A stretch of 24,819 nucleotides of DNA from a virus (lineage: Duplodnaviria; Caudoviricetes). The position numbers and the translations under genes are program-made. The stretch is taken from IMG/VR virus record IMGVR_UViG_3300049725_000010, positions 1 to 24,819 of that record; one strand, given 5' to 3'. Of the stretch, positions 9,121-16,628 are shown piece by piece. Position 1 is the first letter of the stretch, and each line of letters begins with the position of its first letter. The notes beneath the pieces are model-generated. The model was not told the origin of the DNA. It was given only the letters and a program-made list of their open reading frames with translations, and did not search any database.

Positions 9121-9506
9121 AAAGGGCCAAGATTGACTTTCAGGGCTTCGATGAACACCAACCAGTTGTCCATTGGGAGATCCTGAAATGCTTCATCAAT
9201 GCGGTCGCCGATGGAAGTTCCGTTGACCGAGACGTACTCGAACACCAGCCCCATGAGGCGGGTCAACTCGGCCAGCGTCAACTTTTGGGCGATGTCAGAA
9301 ATCCCCTGAGCCATCATGAGACCGAACGCCGCGCGCCCCGAATCGTCGCCGCCCTTGAGCATCCCGGCCACCACGTCCAAGTCGATGCCGGCCAGCCAAG
9401 ACCCGGCCACCTTCGCCAGCGATAGCTCCAGGTCCAACGCCTTGAGGGCGCTCACCCGGCTGAAGGTGTAGGTTCTGCCACCGATGACTTTTTCGAGGAC
9501 CTTCAT
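9069..9506 (-). CDS. Tail assembly chaperone
   Basis: 145 aa between tube and tape measure; KVIGGRTYTF...SALKAL and LVFIEALKVNLGP; GGAGG ribosome-binding site upstream. Confidence 0.85.
   Translation of the reverse strand: MKVLEKVIGGRTYTFSRVSALKALDLELSLAKVAGSWLAGIDLDVVAGMLKGGDDSGRAAFGLMMAQGISDIAQKLTLAELTRLMGLVFEYVSVNGTSIGDRIDEAFQDLPMDNWLVFIEALKVNLGPLGEGLLKGSRPQKPLTP
9120..9126 (-). other. -1 ribosomal frameshift slippery heptamer C CCT TTA
   Basis: X XXY YYZ pattern in the correct phase (GGC CCT TTA GGA) near the chaperone 3' end; the -1 frame is open for 81 codons. Confidence 0.8.
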
Positions 9507-9509
9507 TCA

Positions 9510-9977
9510 TCAACCTCCAAGGGCTTCGGCCGCCGCGGTAAGCAGCCCAGCAAACGCCGGGTCGCCGAGCATCATGTCGCCGCGCTCAAAGATGAGCGTC
9601 CATTCCGTCACGTTGATCTTCGCCCCGCGCGTGATGTCGGCTTGTTTCTCGATCACGCCCACCGTGGTGGCGGCGATGTCCTGGCGGTAGCCATCCTGGA
9701 ACGCACCCATGATGGGGACGAACGTGTCCAGGTTGTCTTGAGCAATCGCCACCTTTGACAGTAGCGCATTCGTGGGGCTCGTCTGCAAGAACTTGAGGGT
9801 GAACTTGACCGCCTTGTTGGCGTTGAAGCTCACCGCCATCTTGCCATCGGCGCCGACGACATACTCGACGCTATTCGCCAGGCGTTCGCACTTGAAGACG
9901 TCGTCACCCTCGGCCCAACCCGTGGCGCGAACGCCGTTCAGGAAAATGTGACACTTGCGGAAGTCGAAGAATTTCAT
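9510..9977 (-). CDS. Tail tube protein (DUF3277-like)
   Basis: FDFRKCHIFLNG...TGWAEGDD, VGADG and LKFLQTSPTNALL; GAGGAG ribosome-binding site; follows the sheath gene. Confidence 0.9.
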   Translation of the reverse strand: MKFFDFRKCHIFLNGVRATGWAEGDDVFKCERLANSVEYVVGADGKMAVSFNANKAVKFTLKFLQTSPTNALLSKVAIAQDNLDTFVPIMGAFQDGYRQDIAATTVGVIEKQADITRGAKINVTEWTLIFERGDMMLGDPAFAGLLTAAAEALGG

Positions 9978-9995
9978 GGGTCTATTCTCCTCGGG

Positions 9996-11186
9996 TTAGC
10001 GTTGGAAGATGACGGTCGGGGCGCAGTACTGCAGAGCGCCGGCGCCCACCAGTGCAATCGTGATAGGCGGAGCAACGCGGGCATTGCGCTGAGCCGTCGT
10101 GAGCGACGAAACCGGGGCGCCGTAGATGTAGTAACCATTGGGGACCGCGTCGCCGGTGTTGAGGTTGCCAAAGCTCTGGAAGTTCCAGATGCCAGGGGCA
10201 CAAAGCCCGTTGCTGCGGGCCTGGTTCAGCACCGGGATCATGCCTGCGATGAGCTGCTGTGTCCCCGCGTCGGTAGCGGGGATTCTGCCGGGAACCTGTT
10301 GCATGACATTGAAGATGCCGACCTGAAGATTCGCGGACAGCCAGTCCAGTGCCGTGCCTTCGTCTTCCCACCGGCCGTCAGAGGCAGCCCCGAAGGCCAG
10401 CATCTGCGTGGTTCCGAACGTTTGATACACGTTGCCATTGAAGCCAGTGGTGACTCCCGCGATATTGCTCGATGGGCCGCAGATGAGCCCCATTTGGGCC
10501 TGTGTAAGGGCAGAGGTTGTGATCCCATAGATGCTCTTGAACATGCCGACCTTGAGCCCGTTTGGCTGGTTGTACTGGGTCGTCATGTAGATGGCCATCA
10601 GACCAGCGTGACCGATGCCGTTCGGGTCACTCGCTGCGTCGGTGTAGATGCCGCATGCTCGCGGAGTCGAAACCCCGCTCATAACTCCGGTGTATCCGCT
10701 GAGGAACGCCAACAAATTTGTTGGCGGGGAAGCCGGGGTAATACAGTCGCTCTCCTGCGTGACGAAGTAGAATCGCAGGCCGTTGGTTTGACAGAACGCC
10801 GCTGCCAGCTTGACGTTTGCCGTTGATGTGCTTGGCTCGCATGCGACACCGTAGAACGCGGGGTCGTAGTTCAGAATCGCGGTCATGGCCGCAGTGATCG
10901 AGGCATCCGAGCTGAGCCACAGGCCTACCTTCAAGATCCCGGGGGACGGCGTTTGCCCGAAGTACGCCGCGGCAAAGTTCTGCAGGGCCGTGTCACTGCC
11001 GAAATCGGTCGTGATCGAGGCGGCGGTAGAGTAAGACGAGGTCCGCTGCCCCGACGCCCACGCCGTCGGCTTCGCTGCCTGTGCTGATGTCACCACCAAG
11101 CCGACATTGAAGCTAGGCGCTGCCTGTGGGGTTGCCGAAACCTGGATCGTAACCGGGACGATAAGATTCAGAGATTGGGTGCTCAT
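9996..11186 (-). CDS. Contractile tail sheath protein (DUF3383-like), 396 aa; start reassigned to ATG 11186
   Basis: MSTQSLNLIVPVTIQVS, DFGSD, AAAYFGQTPSP, DWLSANLQ, RIPATDAG, NGLCAPGIW, NGYYIY and RNARVAPPI...GAGAL motifs; ATGA overlap with the upstream gene at 11183-11186. Confidence 0.9.
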   Translation of the reverse strand: MSTQSLNLIVPVTIQVSATPQAAPSFNVGLVVTSAQAAKPTAWASGQRTSSYSTAASITTDFGSDTALQNFAAAYFGQTPSPGILKVGLWLSSDASITAAMTAILNYDPAFYGVACEPSTSTANVKLAAAFCQTNGLRFYFVTQESDCITPASPPTNLLAFLSGYTGVMSGVSTPRACGIYTDAASDPNGIGHAGLMAIYMTTQYNQPNGLKVGMFKSIYGITTSALTQAQMGLICGPSSNIAGVTTGFNGNVYQTFGTTQMLAFGAASDGRWEDEGTALDWLSANLQVGIFNVMQQVPGRIPATDAGTQQLIAGMIPVLNQARSNGLCAPGIWNFQSFGNLNTGDAVPNGYYIYGAPVSSLTTAQRNARVAPPITIALVGAGALQYCAPTVIFQR

Positions 11187-11800
11187 GGTGCAATGACCTC
11201 GATGGTTTGGGTGGCGAGAGCTGGCCGGCCAGGCTCCTGTATCTGCAGCCCAACGTCGACCGTTCCATAAGTTGCGACCAGGATGGATTCCCGGTTGACG
11301 ACACAGAAGGTAATATCGACGCTGCCTCGGTCGTCCCAGATGGCGCCGTCGATTAGGGAGGCCACGTTTCTCGGCTGCGAACAATCCACCAGCCCCAGCC
11401 CCATGGTCTCCATCAGTTGTTCCATGGGTGACGACGAAATCATCACCCCGAGGCGAGCGGCTTTGTCGACCGCGGACAACCCGAAGGGCGACAGACCGGC
11501 AGTGTCTACCGACGGCGAAGAGTGGCGGAAAAACTGGATCGAGGCTACGAAGTTGTAAACGTTATCCAGTTGCTCGATGAGCTTGGTTGACCCAAGCGTT
11601 GGATCCTGAACGCAGCTGGTCGACCACGTGCCGAAGTCTGAGTTGAGCGATATGACCTTCACGGTGGCAAACTCTCCGCCCTCAATCCCCGTAGGGTATG
11701 GCTGGTCACTCGGGCGAACGCTGTTCGCTGCCATCCCGTATGCGCTACGCACGAGATAGCGCACGCAGAAGTTGCAAGCGTCTGAGAAGCTCGCAATCAT
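11183..11800 (-). CDS. Tail terminator / neck protein
   Basis: VRPSDQPYP, FATVKVI, ASIQFFR and WDDRGSVDITF; located immediately before the sheath gene. Confidence 0.75.
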   Translation of the reverse strand: MIASFSDACNFCVRYLVRSAYGMAANSVRPSDQPYPTGIEGGEFATVKVISLNSDFGTWSTSCVQDPTLGSTKLIEQLDNVYNFVASIQFFRHSSPSVDTAGLSPFGLSAVDKAARLGVMISSSPMEQLMETMGLGLVDCSQPRNVASLIDGAIWDDRGSVDITFCVVNRESILVATYGTVDVGLQIQEPGRPALATQTIEVIAP

Positions 11801-12165
11801 GGGACGTACACCCCCGGATAGTACCGCTCGGCGATGAAGCGCGAGTAGCCATTCTGCGAGAAGTTATCGACGTGAATGATCCGGTAGTTCTTGCCCCCGA
11901 CTTGCAAGATGTCTGGGAGCTGGCTCGCCCCATCTCCTGCGCTCACGTCGTCGTTCGTGAAGAATGCCGTACAGTCGGAAAGACGCACGCCCTCGGGAAG
12001 CAGTTTGATGTCGTCATCATTCGGCGGCTGTACGCTGCCGATGACATCGAGGGAGGTGTAGGTACTTCCAGCGAGCCCCTCTTTCGTCAACGTCGTGGTC
12101 GGGCGCAGGCGAGTGATCGTCTGAACGAAGTCAGGATCGTGGGCCAGTTCGGCTACCGAGATCAT
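11797..12165 (-). CDS. Head closure (stopper) protein
   Basis: DPDFVQTIT, GSVQP...DIKLLPEGVR and PDILQVGGKNYRI..V.N....GY motifs; position in the neck cluster. Confidence 0.75.
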   Translation of the reverse strand: MISVAELAHDPDFVQTITRLRPTTTLTKEGLAGSTYTSLDVIGSVQPPNDDDIKLLPEGVRLSDCTAFFTNDDVSAGDGASQLPDILQVGGKNYRIIHVDNFSQNGYSRFIAERYYPGVYVP

Positions 12166-12674
12166 TCGATGATCCTGGCGTTGGCAGACTGTTCGCCTTC
12201 GCGCACATAGGTAATGCTCTGAATCAGATCCCCGCTAGCGATAAGAGGCTTGCTTGACGTCTTGCCAAACTGTCGCTTGCGTGCCGCGATGGTAGCTGGC
12301 TTCAGCTCTTCGAACGGACCCCTACGAATCTTGCGCTGCACTTCTGCCGCCGCCGCTAGGCCAAGCATGTCCATTGATTGATCTACCGTCTTCGTCCCCT
12401 GAACAACAGCGCGCAAGTTGGCCTCGTTCATCGACTTGAACTTGTTTGCCCCCTCGCGCACGCCCGTGCGTAAGAATGACCGTTCGGGGATTCTACCCTC
12501 CGGATATCCGAACTCATGTACCGCGGCCACAACAGCGAGTGGTGTACCGTCCTTCTCGTCCCCGGCGCCAACGGGAACGCCCACCAACACCGCCTTATTC
12601 GCGTCCTTCATGCGCTCACGCAGCCACTTCAGTCCCGTGAGGTCGCCGCCGGACATGCTGAATGTCACGCTCAC
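12162..12674 (-). CDS. Neck / tail completion protein, 170 aa; start reassigned to GTG 12674
   Basis: VLVGVP, AAVHEFG...IPERSFLR, LKPATIAAR and SSKPLIASGDLIQSITY motifs; GGAGA 6 nt before GTG 12674; GTGA overlap with the upstream ORF. Confidence 0.85.
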   Translation of the reverse strand: MSVTFSMSGGDLTGLKWLRERMKDANKAVLVGVPVGAGDEKDGTPLAVVAAVHEFGYPEGRIPERSFLRTGVREGANKFKSMNEANLRAVVQGTKTVDQSMDMLGLAAAAEVQRKIRRGPFEELKPATIAARKRQFGKTSSKPLIASGDLIQSITYVREGEQSANARIIE

Positions 12675-12898
12675 GTGTGATCTCCAAGCTGAGAAAACCC
12701 TATCCCCGCGGTGCCAGAAATGAGCAGCGAGCCGAGCTTCCACGTGAGGCGTTCCTTGGGCTCGGGGGGCGCCACGAAGGGAGACACAGCCGGCTTGGTC
12801 TCGGGAACGACGCTGGGCGCGCCGACCGTGACGTCAGGCGGTGCGGTCGTAGACGGGTTTGCCGGCTTCGTTGGCCACTTGGCGCGCTTGCGTTTCAT
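12671..12898 (-). CDS. Hypothetical Pro-rich protein, 75 aa
   Basis: Exactly fills the gap, with an ATGA overlap at its start and a GTGA overlap at its stop; no recognised family. Confidence 0.55.
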   Translation of the reverse strand: MKRKRAKWPTKPANPSTTAPPDVTVGAPSVVPETKPAVSPFVAPPEPKERLTWKLGSLLISGTAGIGFSQLGDHT

Positions 12899-13281
12899 AT
12901 CTGGTCATCATCTGGGGGTGGCACATTGGAAACCGGCCACGCTACCGGGACCACAAACCCGCCGAGTCCCACCATGTCCCTAAGTTCCGCGTAGCGCTGG
13001 CCGTACATCGTGGTCAGGAAAGTATCGTGAGCCCCAACTTCTACGTTGCGCGCGATACTTTCTCTTCCCACGGTCTTGTTGGTGACTCTGGCATCGGTGC
13101 TCTGGAAGCCTCCGAGTTCTAGTGAAATCCTGTGGGCCACGAAGTTCCACAGACCTTCATGATAGAAAGCGCCCCACCTCCCGGCATCAAACCACGGCCC
13201 CGCCTCTGCGATAATCGCATTAACGCGGGTCGAGCTGAACGACGAGAAAGCAGGAACGCTGGTGAACTCGGAGGCGTCCAT
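12895..13281 (-). CDS. Head-tail adaptor (DUF4054-like)
   Basis: F....PAF, RWG, FVAHRI, KTVGRESI and FLTTMYGQRY motifs; GGAGGGG ribosome-binding site; follows the major capsid gene. Confidence 0.85.
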   Translation of the reverse strand: MDASEFTSVPAFSSFSSTRVNAIIAEAGPWFDAGRWGAFYHEGLWNFVAHRISLELGGFQSTDARVTNKTVGRESIARNVEVGAHDTFLTTMYGQRYAELRDMVGLGGFVVPVAWPVSNVPPPDDDQI

Positions 13282-13292
13282 GTTTGCCCCTC

Positions 13293-14510
13293 CTACGACG
13301 ACTGAGGATCGGCGTGCAGAACGTTGTCCTGGTAGTACACCGACTTCGGATAGCTGATTTCGAGGCCAGCGTACCGATATCGGCCCGGGACCACCACGTC
13401 CATGTTACGCGGTTGAGGCGCAAGGAACGTCAGGGGCAGGGGGATGTGCAACCGCATCTTGTCGGGATGCTTCACCCAGTACACCACGCGGGAAGCCAAC
13501 GTCCCGGGGGTGAGCGCGGCGCCGGTGTGCTTCAGCGCGCCTGCGGTGTTGAGCGAGCTGTTGGCAGTCGTCAACGCATCTGGATCCGACGGGATGCCGT
13601 GGAATCGAATGTCGACGTTCTGCATCGTCTTGCTTAGATTGTGTTCCTTGAGGAAGTCGAGGAGGGTAGTCCCCGCAACCACCGTCACGCCGCTTGACGT
13701 CGCCGTCAAGACACGCGTGGCAAGAGCATTGATGGCCTCGATCGGCATCGCGATGTCGGTGACCACGTCGTTGGACCCTGTCGCCTGGTACACGGCCGTA
13801 ATCCCCATGTTCAGATCAGCGAGGATGTCCAGTGGACTGGTGCCCGTGTAGTCCCAGTTCCCAGTCGTCGCCGCCACCGGAGTGATGCTTGAGTTGCTCC
13901 ACAGCCCCTGAAAACCACTGGCCGTCTCGCCCCGAAGAGCCACGGCGTTGATGTGGCGTTCGAAGGCCGTCATGGCGTTCGCCATGCGGAGATCTGACAA
14001 CGGGCGCTTGAGCTGCGCGCTGGCGATCAGCTCCTGCACGTCGTAGTGATATCCGATCTTCCCACCACTGACCTGGATCACATTGCGGCCGAATCGAGCA
14101 TCGGCGAAGGGCATGTCGGTTGAGTCGTTCGCGGCTTTGACACCGATACCAACCTCGTCGTAGGTCTGGTATTCGATGGTCTCCGCCCACGGGGGAGCCT
14201 CGTAGCTGACATCGAAGAGCTGTTTGTAGAGAGCCGGAACGCGTTGCCTCTTGAGCATCGCCGACTCGGTGTAGGCGAGCTGGCTGATGTTCCACGCCAG
14301 AGGGTCCGTGGAGTCATATGCGCCAGTACGCGACTTGGGGAACACGTAGCCGAACGACTGCAACGCCGCTGCGATTTCGTCGTAGCGGTAAGCGGCGTCT
14401 CCGGCAAGAGCGACGTGCTTTGGGTGACCCGAGGCATCGGGTACACTCAGAATTACTTCGGGCACCTGCTGGCCCTTGCTGTCTGTGATGAGCTTCCTTG
14501 AGAGCAACAT
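13293..14510 (-). CDS. Major capsid protein (DUF2184 / HK97-fold-like)
   Basis: SQLAYTES, PPWAETIEY..YD.VG, DMP, IGYHYDVQEL, INAVALRG....GFQGLWS and HIPLPLTFLAPQ...RYAGLEISYP motifs; purine-rich strong ribosome-binding site. Confidence 0.92.
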   Translation of the reverse strand: MLLSRKLITDSKGQQVPEVILSVPDASGHPKHVALAGDAAYRYDEIAAALQSFGYVFPKSRTGAYDSTDPLAWNISQLAYTESAMLKRQRVPALYKQLFDVSYEAPPWAETIEYQTYDEVGIGVKAANDSTDMPFADARFGRNVIQVSGGKIGYHYDVQELIASAQLKRPLSDLRMANAMTAFERHINAVALRGETASGFQGLWSNSSITPVAATTGNWDYTGTSPLDILADLNMGITAVYQATGSNDVVTDIAMPIEAINALATRVLTATSSGVTVVAGTTLLDFLKEHNLSKTMQNVDIRFHGIPSDPDALTTANSSLNTAGALKHTGAALTPGTLASRVVYWVKHPDKMRLHIPLPLTFLAPQPRNMDVVVPGRYRYAGLEISYPKSVYYQDNVLHADPQSS

Positions 14511-14539
14511 AATTCTTTCCTTCCTTTCTTTCGTGCTGA

Positions 14540-15085
14540 CTAGGAAGTCACCATTTGTTCGCCGGCGATGACTTCGATTACTGCCAGGCCGCCCTGGGCG
14601 GCCGACGTCTTCCAGCGATGATTCGCCAGAAGAACGCGACTAGAGCTGGCCGCGCCCGTGTGGATGCTGCCGAGATTCGACGTTCCCATGGTGTTTCCGG
14701 TGTATGTGGTGGTCAGAGCTACGACCTGGTCGCCTTCCGACACGGCCTCGGCCGCGATGACAACTACATCGCCCAGCCGATAGACGCCTAGCGCGCGATT
14801 CGATTGGTAGCCGATGATGTTGCCGGGAGCGGTAGCGGTCATGAGAGGCATCCGGCTCGTGATCCCAATGACCCTTTGCGATGAGCTCGTGAAGGGAACG
14901 CAGCCGTTATCGGCCGTGCCCTTCGCGACAGCCACGCCGAAGTCGATCGTTCCGGCGCTGTCAAGCCCGCCGCTCACCGCTTCGTTGACCCATGTGTTGA
15001 TCGCCCTTGGGGAGCTGCTGTAGGCCGAGCCAGGCAGCCCCAGGGGGAGGAGATATCCGCCTGTGGTTCCGAGAAGATTTGCCAT
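14540..15085 (-). CDS. Capsid decoration / cement protein
   Basis: IDFGVAVAKG, VIGIT, GVYRLGDVVV.A.EAV..GD.V and RWKTSAAQGGLAVIEV motifs; between scaffold and capsid genes. Confidence 0.8.
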   Translation of the reverse strand: MANLLGTTGGYLLPLGLPGSAYSSSPRAINTWVNEAVSGGLDSAGTIDFGVAVAKGTADNGCVPFTSSSQRVIGITSRMPLMTATAPGNIIGYQSNRALGVYRLGDVVVIAAEAVSEGDQVVALTTTYTGNTMGTSNLGSIHTGAASSSRVLLANHRWKTSAAQGGLAVIEVIAGEQMVTS

Positions 15086-15115
15086 GATGTGATCCTTTCC
15101 TTTTTCTCTTTGTGC

Positions 15116-15739
15116 CTAGGCCCGTGCCTTGGTTGCGTTTGCGATGTAGTCGGACATCCCGCCGAAGGTTTCGATTCCCTTGGTCGGCTCCGATGCGGTC
15201 CCGCCGAGGGCACGAATGATTCCCGCGTCCTGTGCGTTGGTGTTGGCAGCCTTGCCCTTGCGCTGCGCTGCCAGTACGTTCACCAGCGTGTCGATCTGCA
15301 CGTCGCTGGCCTTGTCGATTTCTACCCCGAGGGCGGCGTCGGCAACGGTCTTGACGGTCTCATCGGCCGCCACCGCAGCTGCGAGAATCTCGCGCCTTAT
15401 TTGGCCAGCCGACTTGCCCTTCCCTTCGACCTTCACGCCGAGAGCATCGCCGGCCGCCAGGGCAGACTGGCGCTCAACAGCGCGCTTCTCAATCGCGGCT
15501 TCCATCTGCTCGTCGGTCAAGATCTTCGCCTTCAGGTCGGCGATGGTCTTGGCGTCAGTGGCGGTCTGCTCGATGTGCAGTTTGTCCTTTGCCGCCACAA
15601 CCGTGTTGCGTTCCGTCTGGACTTCGGCCAGGTCGGAAAGAGCGGCGTCTCTTGCCTTGACGAGCGATTCGACTAGAGATGCGGCCTGCTCGTCGAGGTC
15701 GTAACTCACACTATCTACTACCAGTTTCCGGGTGCTCAT
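15116..15739 (-). CDS. Putative nested in-frame scaffold protein (207 aa) from an internal start
   Basis: AGGAG-6 nt-ATG (MSTRKLVVDS) right after the end of the protease domain. Confidence 0.6.
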   Translation of the reverse strand: MSTRKLVVDSVSYDLDEQAASLVESLVKARDAALSDLAEVQTERNTVVAAKDKLHIEQTATDAKTIADLKAKILTDEQMEAAIEKRAVERQSALAAGDALGVKVEGKGKSAGQIRREILAAAVAADETVKTVADAALGVEIDKASDVQIDTLVNVLAAQRKGKAANTNAQDAGIIRALGGTASEPTKGIETFGGMSDYIANATKARA

Positions 15740-16303
15740 GGTGGGCTCCTGTTCGTCTGCGACCCGGCAGGTCTCCCCGCCGCGCGCGGCCTGCACGATC
15801 GCAAAGTGATTGCCGCGAATGTTTCTCTGAATACCATCGTAAGACTCACCCGCCGGGCTCTTCCCTGGGGTCTCGTCGAAGTCGAACGCGTAGCCGGCCG
15901 AGAGCTGCTCTTTCTCCTTGGCATCGATGGCAGCGATGGCTTCGGCGTCTCGGATGTTCAACTCACCCGAAAGATGGTCTCCATCCTGGACGATGTGCAG
16001 CACCTCACCCCGCGCCAAGCCCCGCCAGTTTTTCGACGTAACGAAACCATCTGACGGGTGGTTCAACGTGATCGGTTTGGCTTCAAAAGACTTGATGGCG
16101 TCAGCCGCAAAGACCTCTTCGGGCGGGCGATAAAGCCTCACGATGCGACTAGGATCACCATCAAGAGAAAGCTCACTCGCCCTATACGCCTGGACATTGC
16201 CAGCGCGGGCGAGGTTGCCAGGCGCCACCAGGTAGCCGTCCTCCGTCCGGGTGCGCTTCGACGCATCCACCGTAATGAGGTCGCTAACCTGGCAACGCTG
16301 CAT
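15116..16303 (-). CDS. Prohead protease-scaffold fusion (DUF2213-like)
   Basis: RTRTEDGYL, RLYRPPEEVF...AIKSFEAKPITLNHP, EQLSAGY and YDGIQRNIRGNHFAIVQAARGGETCRV motifs, followed by an Ala/Glu/Lys-rich coiled-coil half. Confidence 0.9.
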   Translation of the reverse strand: MQRCQVSDLITVDASKRTRTEDGYLVAPGNLARAGNVQAYRASELSLDGDPSRIVRLYRPPEEVFAADAIKSFEAKPITLNHPSDGFVTSKNWRGLARGEVLHIVQDGDHLSGELNIRDAEAIAAIDAKEKEQLSAGYAFDFDETPGKSPAGESYDGIQRNIRGNHFAIVQAARGGETCRVADEQEPTMSTRKLVVDSVSYDLDEQAASLVESLVKARDAALSDLAEVQTERNTVVAAKDKLHIEQTATDAKTIADLKAKILTDEQMEAAIEKRAVERQSALAAGDALGVKVEGKGKSAGQIRREILAAAVAADETVKTVADAALGVEIDKASDVQIDTLVNVLAAQRKGKAANTNAQDAGIIRALGGTASEPTKGIETFGGMSDYIANATKARA

Positions 16304-16305
16304 GA

Positions 16306-16617
16306 CTACTTCGCCTCCGGCTTCAGCCAGTCGCAGTCCCCACCATGCAGGCGGTGTGCATTGCCGATGGCCTCGACCACGCCCTCGTGGTTGCCATCCT
16401 TGCTGTGTGCGACGGCGGCCTTGTGGAAGGAGCTGATGGCGTCGTGCATGGAACCGGCTTCCTCGAAGTGCTTGCCCATCCCGGCGTGTACTTCAGCCGA
16501 GTGGCCGTCCACTTCCGCCGGGCCGGTAACACTGCCGTCGTCGTCAATGGCCCTGCAAAGCTTCTGAGCCGCTTCGTTCCCCTTGGCGGCGAGGTCCTTG
16601 TACAGTTGGGTATTCAT
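16306..16617 (-). CDS. Hypothetical His-rich protein, 103 aa; start reassigned to ATG 16617; candidate head-packaged protein
   Basis: AGGAGA 7 nt upstream of ATG 16617; begins MNTQLYKDLAAKGNEAAQKLCRAIDD; lies between MuF and the protease. Confidence 0.8.
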   Translation of the reverse strand: MNTQLYKDLAAKGNEAAQKLCRAIDDDGSVTGPAEVDGHSAEVHAGMGKHFEEAGSMHDAISSFHKAAVAHSKDGNHEGVVEAIGNAHRLHGGDCDWLKPEAK

Positions 16618-16628
16618 GCGGCCATCTC

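Noticed and set aside
9948-10826. Long plus-strand ORFs opposite structural genes (also 8411..9079, 4587..5246, 15089..15676)
   Set aside because: They overlap well-supported minus-strand genes, have no recognisable motifs, and are expected in GC-rich DNA.
11187-11384. N-terminal extension of the sheath given by the ORF track (462 aa)
   Set aside because: Overlaps the terminator gene by about 200 nt; ATG 11186 gives an ATGA junction and a family-typical start. The track starts at 12743 and 16707 were shortened for similar reasons (overlap with the upstream gene, better SD downstream).
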